64,000 nt of DNA from positions 1,213 to 65,212 of the IMG/VR virus record IMGVR_UViG_3300021135_000011. The stretch is one strand, 5' to 3'. This document shows, piece by piece, positions 9,239 through 20,641 of this stretch (positions within the stretch are counted from its first letter, which is position 1; each line of letters starts with the position of its first letter). The translations under genes and the position numbers were made by a program. Under the pieces are notes generated by a model. The model had not been told where the DNA came from. It made no database searches and saw only the letters and a list, made by a program, of their open reading frames with translations. Source of the stretch: a virus. Its lineage: Duplodnaviria; Caudoviricetes.

Positions 9239-10498
9239 TTATCTAGAAAAAGGAGAAGCGTTTCTTGTAATTTTAGGTGCTACTCTATTTGCATTTCCCC
9301 CATCATCAAACGCTACAGAAGTTGACCTATTACCTTGTTCGGTTTTTAGTTTACGAACTGTTTGTTCAACTTGAGCAGTAGCTCCTTTTTTCATTAATGC
9401 TGCTTCATAACCTTCTTCATCTTTTAATAACCATAAAACCTTAGCTATTTTTTGATAATTAGGTTCTTTATATTGATATTTTTCTAATAAATTTCCTAAT
9501 TCGTTAGTTCTTCCACCAGAAACAGATTCATAATTTGCATTTACTAATCCGTTATATAAACTTGTTTGTGTTTTTGAATCCAGTTTTATTCCTCCAATCT
9601 CTGCAGGCTTTAAAGCAGTATACACATTTTCTATATATTTTTCTGCTGCTAACCTACGTTGTTCTGCAAATTGTCTTTGATCTTCTAATTGATATTGAAC
9701 AATTTGTTCTTTCATTTTGTCCAACTTAGGTTTTAATTGAGAAGCCTTCTTTTCTATTAAACCTAAATCTTTCCACTCTTCAACTTGTCCTTTTACTTCA
9801 TCGCTAGTCCAATCTGTATTTGCATTTCTTAAATACTCATAAACTATTTCTTCTTGATGCTCTTCTTTTGTTGGGTCAAGATCTGCTAATTGTCTTACTT
9901 CCCCCAAGGCTCTATAAAGTGATTTATAATCAGTCCCGCCATTAGCTTCGTATTCATATACTATTTTTGCATCAGGAGAAAGACTTTCATAAAACTGTAC
10001 AGGTATGTTTTTCTTAAAAGCTTCTTCTTTTAATTGTAGATTTTCATCTATAAGTGCATGAAGATCTTTAGTGGGTAGTTTTGCAAGGTATTCGTCTAAA
10101 GGTACTTTTTCGTCATAATCATCAAAAGTAACAAATTCTTTAGCTTCAACCTTTTCTTTTATATATTCTGCTAATGCAGATTTATCTGTTTTGGGTTTAC
10201 CTGTAGTAATTGGGCGATCATCCGTTGGCTCAATATTTTCAGGTTTTGCACTATCTAAAATTTGATTTAATAGTGCGTTTTGATCCGTAGCCGTTTTTGT
10301 TGAGCCAGGTATAACTGTTGTTGCATCAATATTTGTTTCAGGAATAGGTGTGTTTTCATTTGGATCTGGTTGATCAAATTTTAATTCACCATCATTTCTT
10401 TTAAAAATTGCTGCTTGTGGTGGAATAACAAGACTTTCAGAAAGCATTGGAAATCCATCAACTTCTATTTCAACATTTTTTGTAGCATTTTCAGCCAT
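9239..10498 (-). CDS. Acidic helical protein between portal and MCP (putative scaffold)
   Basis: Disordered acidic N-terminus, coiled coils; synteny. Confidence 0.6.
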   Translation of the reverse strand: MAENATKNVEIEVDGFPMLSESLVIPPQAAIFKRNDGELKFDQPDPNENTPIPETNIDATTVIPGSTKTATDQNALLNQILDSAKPENIEPTDDRPITTGKPKTDKSALAEYIKEKVEAKEFVTFDDYDEKVPLDEYLAKLPTKDLHALIDENLQLKEEAFKKNIPVQFYESLSPDAKIVYEYEANGGTDYKSLYRALGEVRQLADLDPTKEEHQEEIVYEYLRNANTDWTSDEVKGQVEEWKDLGLIEKKASQLKPKLDKMKEQIVQYQLEDQRQFAEQRRLAAEKYIENVYTALKPAEIGGIKLDSKTQTSLYNGLVNANYESVSGGRTNELGNLLEKYQYKEPNYQKIAKVLWLLKDEEGYEAALMKKGATAQVEQTVRKLKTEQGNRSTSVAFDDGGNANRVAPKITRNASPFSR

Positions 10499-10661
10499 AA
10501 CTTATTGGTTTTAATTATTCGAGGAAAGATATATTCCTTTTGAGATTCAGTAATGAACTACTGACAAATAAAGTATACGTAAAAAACTTGAAAGATTTAA
10601 CTTTTTTTATTATTTAAAATAAAACTAGAAACAGATATGGATAAATAATTTCAACGGTATT

Positions 10662-13415
10662 TTATTTCTTAGTCTCTGAATTCTTTTTAGATATAGTTAA
10701 TCTTTGATTATGTAACATTTCCCTAGTACGTGCCTGTTCCGCATCAACCTTTCTTTGTTGTAATTCTCTATCTTTTTGTTTTTCTGCTATTTCATTTGCG
10801 TGTTTTGTTCTGTCAAAATTCATTTGTTCAGTCCATTGCTGTTGTTGTTGTAAATTTGCTTGTGCGTCTTGATAAGCACTTTCACTTGTATCAGGATTCA
10901 TTGTTGCTGCAGCGCGTGCAGAAGAAGTTATTTCAGCAATAAGAATTTTAGCTTGACGATCTTTTTCATTTTGAATATCTTCATGCGCCCATTCTTTTTC
11001 TTTTAACATTTCCTCTTGTTCAAGTTCTTGTTGATGTTGTTGTTGACTTTGCTGCATTTCTTGCTGTTTTTCGCTTTGCATCCGTTGTTCGATTTCACCT
11101 AACTTGTCATTTAAATCAGCAATATCTGATACCTGACGAATTTTTGCTATATCAGGAAGAGTGGCACCCATAGTATTATTAACTAATAGAACTTGTTGTA
11201 TATCTTTAATTATTTGGCGTGCATTTACATTTACTTCTGGAAATACATTAATATCTCTGAGTAGGAGCTTAGTGCCATCTATTTGAAATAAAACTGTTTC
11301 GTTAGAGGTAGTAGTATATTTAAGATTTACTGAAGGATTTTTAGATTGATAGTACTGCGCAAGTTCTGTTCGCATTTGATGCACTCGTGGCATTAAATAG
11401 TCACAATGTTCTATAAAATGCATTTCTGTCTGATCATAACTACGTCTAACAGATTCTTCATATTCCTTTGCGGATGTTTCTTGTCCAAGGGGTTGCCCCA
11501 TTCTATTAGCATTAAATCCAATAGACGCAAGACCTTGCTGCATTAAAAAATTATAAACCTGCATCCTAGATTGAAGTCTTTGTGTTTGACTTAAATCCAT
11601 TTGGTGATACTGATTAAAATTTACATTACCATTTTGGGCTATATTTTGCAATGAAGTATCTAAAGGTAAAAACCCGAATTGCTTCATTGAGGTGTAGGCT
11701 TGTTGGTATGGATTTAATCCCCAATCTTCTCCAAGACTATGTTTAGGTAAAGCATTTTGATCAAACATAACTACAGTACCTATTTCATCAACCATTATAT
11801 CCATAATCTGATTTGCCGCCATATTAATTCCTATTTGATAGGGCATTAATTTAGCAATCATCGGGACAGATACAGTGTTTCTATCTGAAAAAACAGAACC
11901 TTCTACTGGAAGTTTTACGCCATAAAGATTATCCTCTCCTTTAAATTGAAAAGGTAATCTACCAGGTTTATTTCCTGTTATACCAATATACATCGGTTGC
12001 ATTCCGCCGGGATTATTCATTCCCCACCAAGCAGGTCTATTTGGTCCAATTTTAATTACACCACGTACATCATTAATCCACAACCAATCTATATGCTCAC
12101 CATAAACAAGATTATATCGTGTTTTTTCTTTATATACTGAGGTGTCATATTGTGGTTTATCTACAGGCTTATAAAATTCATCTACAATATCCATTTCAGG
12201 CATACCATTAGTAGACTCATTAATATAAGTAAGGTGTCCTACTTTTCTAGCACTTTTAAAATATATAGTAGAAACTCTTAATAAATTAGAGTTACCAAAA
12301 TCCTGAAGATCCTCTGCGCCAAGTAAAATAGTTTGTACAATATCTCCATTATTATAAGCAATATCATATTTTGAAATAAATTGTCTATAGGCTAAACCTG
12401 GCATTTGTACGTTCCATTCATGGTCGCGTGTTGCATCATAATAAGAACCATCTGGATTTACATTATCTAGTAAATAACCTGCAGCACGAATAGGGTAAAT
12501 TGCCTCAATATTTCGAGTTTGTTCTTCGGTCATTATCCAACCATACTTATCTATAACATCTGAAGATGTCATTAAGTCTATATAACCAACCCAGTTAGCT
12601 TGAGAAATCCATCTCCTATCAGGAGATTTGTTGTAAAATGTTTGTAATGGATTCCAAAGTTCTACTTCATAATCATTTTCGCGCATTTTCATGTGCCAAA
12701 ACTCACAATCAAAAACAAGTTTATCTCTAAATCCTCTGTCTTCTAACTCATCAAAATGGAATCTTCTACAATCTACTTCCATTTGATGTTGCGCCCACTC
12801 TACATAAACATTTCTATATCCTGTTCTATACCACTGTTGTAAATTTGGTAGTTGTTTTAAAGCATCGGGTTGTAATTGTTTTTGTACTTCAGGATCACTC
12901 ATATTTGCGCCTTGCTGTTGCAACTTTTGTTGCATCATTATTTCAGCTTGTGCAAGTAAGATTTGTTCAAGTTTATCTTGTTTATCCTGTTCCATTTCTG
13001 AAATAGATATATCATCTACTGCAGTAAATATAAGTTTTGTTTGACGTTTTGCAAATTCAGATCTAAATGATTCTATAATAGAAGGAATCCAAGGAAAGAA
13101 GCGCAATTCCAATAGATTTTGAGAATTATCCATTAGATTTTCTACTACCTGAGAATTCATATTTTGTGGGCCAACTACGTAATCTTCTCTGTCTATAATT
13201 CCTTTAGAAGCCTTTTCCCACTTAAGTAATTTTGGAGCACGTCTTTGGAGTTGTTTTATTCCTTGCCATTCAAAAAAATCAGCACACCAACCATAGAATT
13301 GTTCATCTTTTTCCTCTTCAGGAATCATTTGAAGTGGTTGCACGAGAACGCCCATCCTATTATAGTAGGCTTTTTTCCCCGATTTCAGATCCATTGCATT
13401 GAGAATGCGCGCCAT
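10662..13415 (-). CDS. Portal protein
   Basis: 917 aa; WLWINDV, KLPVEG, MPYQIGIN motifs and Q/E-rich C-terminal coiled coil; next to terminase. Confidence 0.88.
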   Translation of the reverse strand: MARILNAMDLKSGKKAYYNRMGVLVQPLQMIPEEEKDEQFYGWCADFFEWQGIKQLQRRAPKLLKWEKASKGIIDREDYVVGPQNMNSQVVENLMDNSQNLLELRFFPWIPSIIESFRSEFAKRQTKLIFTAVDDISISEMEQDKQDKLEQILLAQAEIMMQQKLQQQGANMSDPEVQKQLQPDALKQLPNLQQWYRTGYRNVYVEWAQHQMEVDCRRFHFDELEDRGFRDKLVFDCEFWHMKMRENDYEVELWNPLQTFYNKSPDRRWISQANWVGYIDLMTSSDVIDKYGWIMTEEQTRNIEAIYPIRAAGYLLDNVNPDGSYYDATRDHEWNVQMPGLAYRQFISKYDIAYNNGDIVQTILLGAEDLQDFGNSNLLRVSTIYFKSARKVGHLTYINESTNGMPEMDIVDEFYKPVDKPQYDTSVYKEKTRYNLVYGEHIDWLWINDVRGVIKIGPNRPAWWGMNNPGGMQPMYIGITGNKPGRLPFQFKGEDNLYGVKLPVEGSVFSDRNTVSVPMIAKLMPYQIGINMAANQIMDIMVDEIGTVVMFDQNALPKHSLGEDWGLNPYQQAYTSMKQFGFLPLDTSLQNIAQNGNVNFNQYHQMDLSQTQRLQSRMQVYNFLMQQGLASIGFNANRMGQPLGQETSAKEYEESVRRSYDQTEMHFIEHCDYLMPRVHQMRTELAQYYQSKNPSVNLKYTTTSNETVLFQIDGTKLLLRDINVFPEVNVNARQIIKDIQQVLLVNNTMGATLPDIAKIRQVSDIADLNDKLGEIEQRMQSEKQQEMQQSQQQHQQELEQEEMLKEKEWAHEDIQNEKDRQAKILIAEITSSARAAATMNPDTSESAYQDAQANLQQQQQWTEQMNFDRTKHANEIAEKQKDRELQQRKVDAEQARTREMLHNQRLTISKKNSETKK

Positions 13416-13451
13416 GTATATTATATATTTTTACTTTCTAAAATCAAAGTC

Positions 13452-13688
13452 TTAGTTAGTAGTTAAAGTAAATGTTGGTTGAATAGATGTTGTAGAAATT
13501 GATAATCCTGAAGTTGCACCACACCAAGTTATAGGTAAAGTATAATGTGTTGGTTGAATAGGTTGTATGTAATATGGATAATTCTGATAAATATATTGCA
13601 CCTCTTTTTCTGAAAGTATTATAAATTCATCTAATGTAATAGTTTTATCTTGTAACAGTTTTGCTAAAATTTCTAATTTTGATTTCAT
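13452..13688 (-). CDS. Hypothetical protein
   Basis: ORF track; overlapping start/stop with neighbour. Confidence 0.55.
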   Translation of the reverse strand: MKSKLEILAKLLQDKTITLDEFIILSEKEVQYIYQNYPYYIQPIQPTHYTLPITWCGATSGLSISTTSIQPTFTLTTN

Positions 13689-14155
13689 ATAAACATATTT
13701 TTTATTTCATCCTCTTTTAATTTTGCATATCTACCACCACCCCAAGAACCTACATAAACTATTCTTTCATCTTCAGCAACAGGTTCATTTATTAACTGCT
13801 GTTCATCATTAGTTAATGGTCTACTTTGAATATCAAATGGACAAAATTCTAATTTAGATGTATTACCGTTAATATCTTCTTTTTCTATAGTGGTACAATC
13901 ATGGGTATAGGCTAGTGGGTTTGCACTCTCTCCACGAAAAATTTTAGAAAACCTTCTTACTATTTTTATTTTACTAAAGTCTTCAAAATTATCATTAATA
14001 TATTGTATCAAATCTTCTTTTGAAATTCCTGGGTTTTCTTTTTCTTGATATGCTCCATATTCATTTAATATAAACATATCAATATTTTTATTTTCTTGCA
14101 TAACATATTGGTTTAAAATCTCATATTGCGAAAAGCTTGGGTTGGTTTTGCCCAA
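13685..14155 (-). CDS. Hypothetical protein (start probably at MQENK)
   Basis: ORF track; annotated N-terminus overlaps TerL. Confidence 0.55.
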   Translation of the reverse strand: MGKTNPSFSQYEILNQYVMQENKNIDMFILNEYGAYQEKENPGISKEDLIQYINDNFEDFSKIKIVRRFSKIFRGESANPLAYTHDCTTIEKEDINGNTSKLEFCPFDIQSRPLTNDEQQLINEPVAEDERIVYVGSWGGGRYAKLKEDEIKNMFI

Positions 14156-16347
14156 GGATTAGTTTTTTTGGTAGACGGACCTCCATATATAAAGTTACGT
14201 AATTTATTTGGACTTTCCAAATCAGAGGTTTCTATAGTCTGTTTGCGAAGTCCTTTATTTGCATTTTCTATAGAAATAAATGCTACAAGTGCTGCAAAAG
14301 CTACAAGTCTATCATAGTTTCCCTTATCATCTTGAAATTCCTGCATTTCTTTTAAAAGCATTGAATCTGGAACTCTTTCTACTCCGTAGGTTGTTTTATA
14401 TACTTTTCCTTCTTTATCTTCTATAGTATCTAATTCTTCTTTTAAATAATTTATAGTATAAGATAAAAGGTGTGAAAATACTGCACTGGAGTTTTTCCAC
14501 CCGTATTCTTGAAACGTATTAGAAACACCTTTCATATCTTTATTAAAAGATAGTAATCTATCTCTTGTTACAAGTCTATGTTGTTTTTTACGGTGTTGCA
14601 TATAAGTTATAAATTCTGATATATTTGCCTCACATATAATTTGTGCATTATATAAGTCAGAAATCATTTCAAGTAATTCGTGTGTTTTCTTTAAATCATC
14701 GTATCTACCACACCAAGAAAGTACTAATTTGCCACGTTCTAAATTATTTTCTATTTCTATTTGTTTACCATTCCTCTCAACTTTTGTAATTTCAGAGTCC
14801 GTTTTATAAACAAATACAGAACAAAGTGATTCTGAAGATGTTGTTTTACCTTCTTTTACAGGGTCAACAGACATATAATAAGTTGACCAATCAGGAACTT
14901 CACATATTGGTCTTTCATAAATACATACTACACCTGTTTTATCTTCAAGTGTTTTAACCTTATTACCTAAAACAGATATTGGGTCTTTATACGCAGTTTT
15001 TATTTCTACTTTACCTTCTGCATTTCTTTCTAGGTTAACTGTTTCTTGAGGATATTTTTTTTCTTCAATCCGCAATAATTGTTTATTAATAAGCCCTAAA
15101 GGAAAAATAGATTCCTTTCTATACGCAAAGGCTTCATGTATATTAATAGGCTTTTGAGAAATACGCAATTGGTATGTTGCGGGGTCTAAACTTTTTTTCC
15201 AAACTGCACGTTCTTCTAAAATTGCTTGCAACGCACCCTCAACATCGGAATTTCCATATTTATCTATAAATGGTGGCATAGACCATTGTTCTGGAATAAA
15301 TAATCCGGATAAACCAAAAGTTTTTTTATCATCTATTAAGTCTGTTTCTACAGCATAAATAGAATTACCTACTGGATTAAGAACCATTTCCTTAAGGGGT
15401 TTACATTGATCTAAATCACCTACTGATCCTGCAGCAATAAATAAACCTGTAGTAATCATACCCGAAGATAACGCGGGGCGTATATACTCATACGTTGTAT
15501 TCATTTTTGGGGCTATTCCTGCCTCTTCATGATAAAATATAGATATATTACCACCAACACCAGAAGTAGGGTCCTTTTCAAAAGTATGCCCTAATATTGT
15601 TGATTGATTACCTTGATAAAATACCTTATCACCCTGTCTAACGCCTTGACGTTGTTGCCAAAGAAGTGTTTTATCTGGATCACAGGAACGATACCACCCC
15701 ATTCCAGGTTTATTTAAAAAGTTTTTATATTCATTTAAAAACTTCCACGCACCTTTTTCATTTATATAATCCTTTTGAGAAGCACCTATTTTTAGAGTTT
15801 GCCCTTTTTCAAACCAAAATCTATTAATAAGTTTTGCAGCTTTCATGTAAGTATTTCCCCACTGACGTTTTTTTAATTCTGCAGCATGTTTATAATGAAG
15901 TTCAGCTAAAAGTTCATAAAGATGAGAGTGATATTGAGAATCCCATATTTCAGGAAAATCAAATTTCTTTTTATCTTTATCATAAATAGGTAAAAAATTA
16001 ATCCAAAAATAATAATCACGGGTAAGATAGAACGTATTTGTTTTACTTTTAAAAATCACACCCCGCCTGCATTTTGATTTTTCTGAAAGTGGATTCTCAT
16101 CTTCAAGTGTACCCCAATATTCTAACCAATCTTTTGAATTTTCTGGTACAGAGATATATGAACCTGTTTCGTGGAACTTTTTTGCCTGTTCATTAAAAAA
16201 ATAAGAAGTTTCATCAAAGTTATATTTACCTGGTTCTTTAAACATAGAAAGGACAAACTCTTTAAAGTCGTCCCTTGTTCTAAACTCAGTTAAAGTCCAA
16301 GTACCATCATAATTTCTTGTTGGCACTTCTATATAGTTATTTTGCAT
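14113..16347 (-). CDS. terL: Terminase large subunit
   Basis: Walker A-like LKKRQWGNTY, Walker B FYHEEAG, nuclease MSVDPV...EAN...GNYDRLVA; 744 aa. Confidence 0.92.
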   Translation of the reverse strand: MQNNYIEVPTRNYDGTWTLTEFRTRDDFKEFVLSMFKEPGKYNFDETSYFFNEQAKKFHETGSYISVPENSKDWLEYWGTLEDENPLSEKSKCRRGVIFKSKTNTFYLTRDYYFWINFLPIYDKDKKKFDFPEIWDSQYHSHLYELLAELHYKHAAELKKRQWGNTYMKAAKLINRFWFEKGQTLKIGASQKDYINEKGAWKFLNEYKNFLNKPGMGWYRSCDPDKTLLWQQRQGVRQGDKVFYQGNQSTILGHTFEKDPTSGVGGNISIFYHEEAGIAPKMNTTYEYIRPALSSGMITTGLFIAAGSVGDLDQCKPLKEMVLNPVGNSIYAVETDLIDDKKTFGLSGLFIPEQWSMPPFIDKYGNSDVEGALQAILEERAVWKKSLDPATYQLRISQKPINIHEAFAYRKESIFPLGLINKQLLRIEEKKYPQETVNLERNAEGKVEIKTAYKDPISVLGNKVKTLEDKTGVVCIYERPICEVPDWSTYYMSVDPVKEGKTTSSESLCSVFVYKTDSEITKVERNGKQIEIENNLERGKLVLSWCGRYDDLKKTHELLEMISDLYNAQIICEANISEFITYMQHRKKQHRLVTRDRLLSFNKDMKGVSNTFQEYGWKNSSAVFSHLLSYTINYLKEELDTIEDKEGKVYKTTYGVERVPDSMLLKEMQEFQDDKGNYDRLVAFAALVAFISIENANKGLRKQTIETSDLESPNKLRNFIYGGPSTKKTNPWAKPTQAFRNMRF

Positions 16348-17205
16348 TTAATTTATTTTACATAAAGTCCAACTTTCTGGATAATAGTTGGGGTTATCAA
16401 ATTTAATTCTACATTCACCTGCAAGATTTTCTCCACAATGAACTACTTTACCATTATTAAAATTTTTCACGTACCACATTTGCCACCAAGTAAATGTAGA
16501 CGATCCGCCTATAAAATGATCACACAAAGTTCCAAGAATAAATTGTTCCATTGGATTTTGATGATAATATTTAAAATTTTCTGCATGAGTATGTGTACCA
16601 TTTGGTTCTGCAAAAAAGAAATTATCACCTTTAAATATGGTTTTAATTTCATCTATATTATCTGAAAAGAAAAGAATATTATATTCTTTCCAGTCTGGAA
16701 ATTCTATTTCTAATGCTTTTAAATACCAATCTAAGGGAATTTGATAAAAGCATCCATGATTAACAAAATCTCCTCTACGGATTCCTATACCAATTGTTTT
16801 TTTACTATTACCTAATATATGTGAATATTTTTTACAAACATCGGCTATAACAGGTGGCGTAAATTTTGCGTGTTCTTTAATATAGTCTAAACTATCTTGA
16901 AACCATAATTCAGATTGATTATTACTTCCTAAATTAATATTTAGAGTTTTGTGTTTATTTTCTTCAAAAAACTTATATAACCAGTCCATTTCTTCTCTAG
17001 AATAGTGGTTGGTTCTAAAATGAAACAACTCGTCTTCTTGAATCCCATCATCTATTTTAGGGGGGTATTTAAAGTATTGCCAAGCAAAATAATTTGGAAA
17101 AGCTAATTCGTGCCCTGTTTTATGTGCAATTCCTAAAAGTGCAAAATAGTTAAATAACCAATTACCAAGTCTAAGATGTTTACCCCAATCTTTATATAAA
17201 ATCAT
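16348..17205 (-). CDS. GT11 alpha-1,2-fucosyltransferase-like
   Basis: RLGNWLFNY, IGIRRGDFV (HxRRGD-like), FFSDN, SSTFTWW (NSTFSWW-like). Confidence 0.85.
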   Translation of the reverse strand: MILYKDWGKHLRLGNWLFNYFALLGIAHKTGHELAFPNYFAWQYFKYPPKIDDGIQEDELFHFRTNHYSREEMDWLYKFFEENKHKTLNINLGSNNQSELWFQDSLDYIKEHAKFTPPVIADVCKKYSHILGNSKKTIGIGIRRGDFVNHGCFYQIPLDWYLKALEIEFPDWKEYNILFFSDNIDEIKTIFKGDNFFFAEPNGTHTHAENFKYYHQNPMEQFILGTLCDHFIGGSSTFTWWQMWYVKNFNNGKVVHCGENLAGECRIKFDNPNYYPESWTLCKIN

Positions 17206-17207
17206 AT

Positions 17208-18068
17208 TTATTTATTTTTAAACCAATCATAAGAATCGCTAATTAATTTTTTTACTTGGCTTATAGTTTCTTCTTCTTGTTTTTGTAAATCTTCTGAGAC
17301 TAAATGTAATGTATCTTTAGCCCACTGTATTTGATTTAAACCATAAGCAATACCATTTCTTTTTGTATTTGCCGGGCCATAACTATTTAAGTAACCGTCA
17401 TTTGGGTCTCTTGGGATTACTATAGGAATACATCCACATAATGCCGCCTGCACAGGAATAAAAGATACATCATCGTAACAAATAAAATATTCATAATGAT
17501 TAAATACTTCTTTAAGATATTCTTTATCCCCTTTTTGTGCAAAATCATCTATGCATAAGGCATCTTTTGGATGAAAATCAAAACTATCTCTATGATGCCC
17601 CTTTCTTATCATATAGCAAGTTGTTCCGAGGATATGTCTATTTTTATTTTTAAATATTAGATTTTCTTCTAAATTAGTCATTTCAAGAAAACCCTTTACT
17701 AAAGACATATCTGGAATAGTTACTCCCTCTCGCCATAAATAAGCTAAATCGTTTTTAGAATAATCCCCATGATTTCCACCAGGGGTTCCTAATACCCATC
17801 TTATACATAACTCTGAATAAAATGGATTTCCGGTACTGCATATTTCAGGATATATGCCTACTGAATTATGCTTAGATATTTGTAACTCATGCCATTTTGA
17901 ATTTATTGCTTTTAGCCCCCATTCGGGATGAGTGTTACCATTATCTACTACAACAGTAACGTCTTCTCCCAACTGATTTAGATGCCAAGCAAGTTTATGT
18001 AGATACATTCTACCTGCATCTCCTTTTTCGTATGGTAGTGCCGCAATATAAAATTTTAATTTATCCAT
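17208..18068 (-). CDS. WavQ-like putative glycosyltransferase
   Basis: GRMYLHKLAWHLN, IYPEI..GNP....IRWVL, FICYD...QAALCGC. Confidence 0.6.
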   Translation of the reverse strand: MDKLKFYIAALPYEKGDAGRMYLHKLAWHLNQLGEDVTVVVDNGNTHPEWGLKAINSKWHELQISKHNSVGIYPEICSTGNPFYSELCIRWVLGTPGGNHGDYSKNDLAYLWREGVTIPDMSLVKGFLEMTNLEENLIFKNKNRHILGTTCYMIRKGHHRDSFDFHPKDALCIDDFAQKGDKEYLKEVFNHYEYFICYDDVSFIPVQAALCGCIPIVIPRDPNDGYLNSYGPANTKRNGIAYGLNQIQWAKDTLHLVSEDLQKQEEETISQVKKLISDSYDWFKNK

Positions 18069-18646
18069 TAATTATGTATAGTTAAAATATTAGCAATTTT
18101 TGTTTTAACTTTAAATAAATTTAATTGTAATCCTTTTTCTAAAGTAAGCCAGTCTGCACAATACTCCTCCGGTTTTGGAATAGATAGTTTTTTTGCAATA
18201 GATGTTTTTAAACAAAAGTTTCCCCAATCAATATAATTTTGTTTTAATGAAACAATTAATGGTTCATAACCTGCTAAATGGTTTATTGAATCCCACATAC
18301 AAATATCAGCATTTGTTTCTTTTAATCTATTTAATACAAGTTCAACTGCCCACGATAAAAAATAATCTTGTACAGATGTTTGTATAACATATTTTGTGTC
18401 TACACTATTTTGTAGAGCGTCTATTCTATTATAAGTACCCCAATAACCTGTATTATTTTCTGATTCTAGGTAGATTATACGTGAGTCGTTATAGTTTTTT
18501 GCCCACTCTTTTAGATTACTATTTTGACCATTATTATAAATAATAACTTTCCAGTTAGGATTAGTTTGACATATTAGTGAGTCTACTAAAGGTCTATTAA
18601 AGGATTCTTCATTAAAAGATGGGGCTATAAAAGTTATTTTATTCAT
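18068..18646 (-). CDS. GT2-like glycosyltransferase (paralog type A)
   Basis: FIAPSFNE...SLICQTNPNWKVII, WGTYNR; paralog of 20069..20635. Confidence 0.8.
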   Translation of the reverse strand: MNKITFIAPSFNEESFNRPLVDSLICQTNPNWKVIIYNNGQNSNLKEWAKNYNDSRIIYLESENNTGYWGTYNRIDALQNSVDTKYVIQTSVQDYFLSWAVELVLNRLKETNADICMWDSINHLAGYEPLIVSLKQNYIDWGNFCLKTSIAKKLSIPKPEEYCADWLTLEKGLQLNLFKVKTKIANILTIHN

Positions 18647-19335
18647 CGAACTATTTGTCTTTGATTATATCTATTATTATGAAACTCTTCAATTTCCTGA
18701 CTAGTCATACTATACTGTATTCCCCACTTTCTATCTTTATTTATTTGACTTAATCTATCTTGACTTTCTTTAAATTTATTTTGCATATATACAAGCGAAT
18801 GTGCTTTCATATGAAATAACTTAAATGGCTCATTTAAATAAATAATATTTCCTATAGGATTGCATGTATGTGCACCAACTTCATAATTTATATCGGTAAT
18901 ATCTTTGGGACTAAATACACACGTTTTATCTTCTGGTGTATGACGTATACCATTTTTAATATCTAAAGGTGTATATATACCATAGCCTAACATATCATAT
19001 CCTTCTGATTTAACTATAGTGCAATTTATTAATTTATTTGGCACTATTTCTATAAATTCGTCACAATCAATGATTATTACATAATCTGCTTTTGAATCCT
19101 TCCATACATTATTTTTAAAGTTCATTAAAAGTAAATCATTCACTTTTGAATCTGTATAAAAATAACCTACATTACAACCTAATTCTTTTACAATTTCTAT
19201 AGTTTTGTCCATAGAACCGTTATCGTAAATATTAAAATTTATTGTATGCCCATTTAGGCACCTTCTATAATGTTCTACCATAAAAGGTAGCATGTATTCT
19301 TCATTATAAACTGGGCAAAATAAATCAAATATCAT
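18643..19335 (-). CDS. GT2 glycosyltransferase (paralog type B)
   Basis: PVYNEE, IYDNGSMDKT, IIIDCDEF (DxD). Confidence 0.88.
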   Translation of the reverse strand: MIFDLFCPVYNEEYMLPFMVEHYRRCLNGHTINFNIYDNGSMDKTIEIVKELGCNVGYFYTDSKVNDLLLMNFKNNVWKDSKADYVIIIDCDEFIEIVPNKLINCTIVKSEGYDMLGYGIYTPLDIKNGIRHTPEDKTCVFSPKDITDINYEVGAHTCNPIGNIIYLNEPFKLFHMKAHSLVYMQNKFKESQDRLSQINKDRKWGIQYSMTSQEIEEFHNNRYNQRQIVR

Positions 19336-20069
19336 ATGTGTGAATCTTTTATATAATCACTAAGTGCATAATGTGTATTAAACCAATCAGTATGAACTGT
19401 ATCAGGTAAAGCAAAATGTGTGCTATGACCTCTTTGTATATTTTCTGTAGACTGCCTTTTTCCTAATTCATGCGAACGATTTAAATGCCAAATAGGTGAC
19501 CAATGTTTATAATGAAACAGATTAAATTCTTTATTTGACCAAGATATCTTGCTTTCTGTATTGGCTACTAATTGATTTATTCTATGCGCACCCTCACCAA
19601 ATTCTATTAAAGAAAAGCAACCTGTTCGTAATAATACAGGTTTACTATAACCTGGAGATTGACAACCTCTTGGGTTTAATGCAGCTTTTGAAGGAGAATC
19701 TTGGTTATCAAATATATCCCAACCTTGAAATTCAACTACATTTATTCCTCTACTTTCTAATTCGGTTAAGTCTTTAGAATTAATCATACATTCTTCATCA
19801 CAATCTATACACAAAACCCATTTTGATTTTGCATTCATTGCGGCCTCAGATTTTATTTTGGATTGTATTGTATCATTCATACCTTCAGTTATAAATGGTA
19901 TGATTTCACATCCTGCAAGTTTTGCGAGCATTAATGTATCATCGGTTGAACCATTATCATGAATAATAAATTTTGGATTATCAAACATTTTACGATAATG
20001 TGTTATAGTAAATGGTAACATTATTTCTTCGTTATAAGTAATAACGTGAATTTCAATTAAATTCTGCAT
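19332..20069 (-). CDS. GT2 glycosyltransferase (paralog type B)
   Basis: TYNEE, HDNGSTDDT, LCIDCDEE. Confidence 0.88.
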   Translation of the reverse strand: MQNLIEIHVITYNEEIMLPFTITHYRKMFDNPKFIIHDNGSTDDTLMLAKLAGCEIIPFITEGMNDTIQSKIKSEAAMNAKSKWVLCIDCDEECMINSKDLTELESRGINVVEFQGWDIFDNQDSPSKAALNPRGCQSPGYSKPVLLRTGCFSLIEFGEGAHRINQLVANTESKISWSNKEFNLFHYKHWSPIWHLNRSHELGKRQSTENIQRGHSTHFALPDTVHTDWFNTHYALSDYIKDSHI

Positions 20070-20635
20070 TAGTTTTTTATATTTAAAATTAAAGGTAGTT
20101 TTATTTGTGATTTTATTAATCCTGAGTTCATTAAATCCTCTACATACATGCCATCACAACAATATTCTTTTGGATGATTTATCCCTACTGACTGCGCAAT
20201 TTTAGTTTTTACTGCGAAGTTAGACCAATCTATAAAAGTTATTTTTGGGTAGGAGTTTAAAATCCTATATCCGAAAGAGTGGTGAATTGTATTCCAATAA
20301 ATAAAATCATTTTTTGATTCTAATATTTTATCTACGGTAATTGGAATGTAATATTCTTGCAGAGTAGTTTGTATTACATACTCTGTATCAACCATTTCTA
20401 ATGCTTTAATTCTATTAAATGCCCCCCAGGAACCTAAATTTTCTTCGTTAGCAATATATGTGAATCTAGTGTCATTAAAAGAATCTATTATTGTTTTTAA
20501 TTCTTCATTTGGACCATCGTGCCAAATAATACATTTCCAATTTGGGTTTTTTTGTAAAAGCATTGAGGCACAAAACATGTATGCTTCCCAATACTCTTTA
20601 TAACATATTACAATAAAAGTTACAGCTTTTTGCAT
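20069..20635 (-). CDS. GT2-like glycosyltransferase (paralog type A)
   Basis: QKNPNWKCIIWHDGP, WGAFNR, IDWSNF, EYCCDG. Confidence 0.8.
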   Translation of the reverse strand: MQKAVTFIVICYKEYWEAYMFCASMLLQKNPNWKCIIWHDGPNEELKTIIDSFNDTRFTYIANEENLGSWGAFNRIKALEMVDTEYVIQTTLQEYYIPITVDKILESKNDFIYWNTIHHSFGYRILNSYPKITFIDWSNFAVKTKIAQSVGINHPKEYCCDGMYVEDLMNSGLIKSQIKLPLILNIKN

Positions 20636-20641
20636 ATTTAA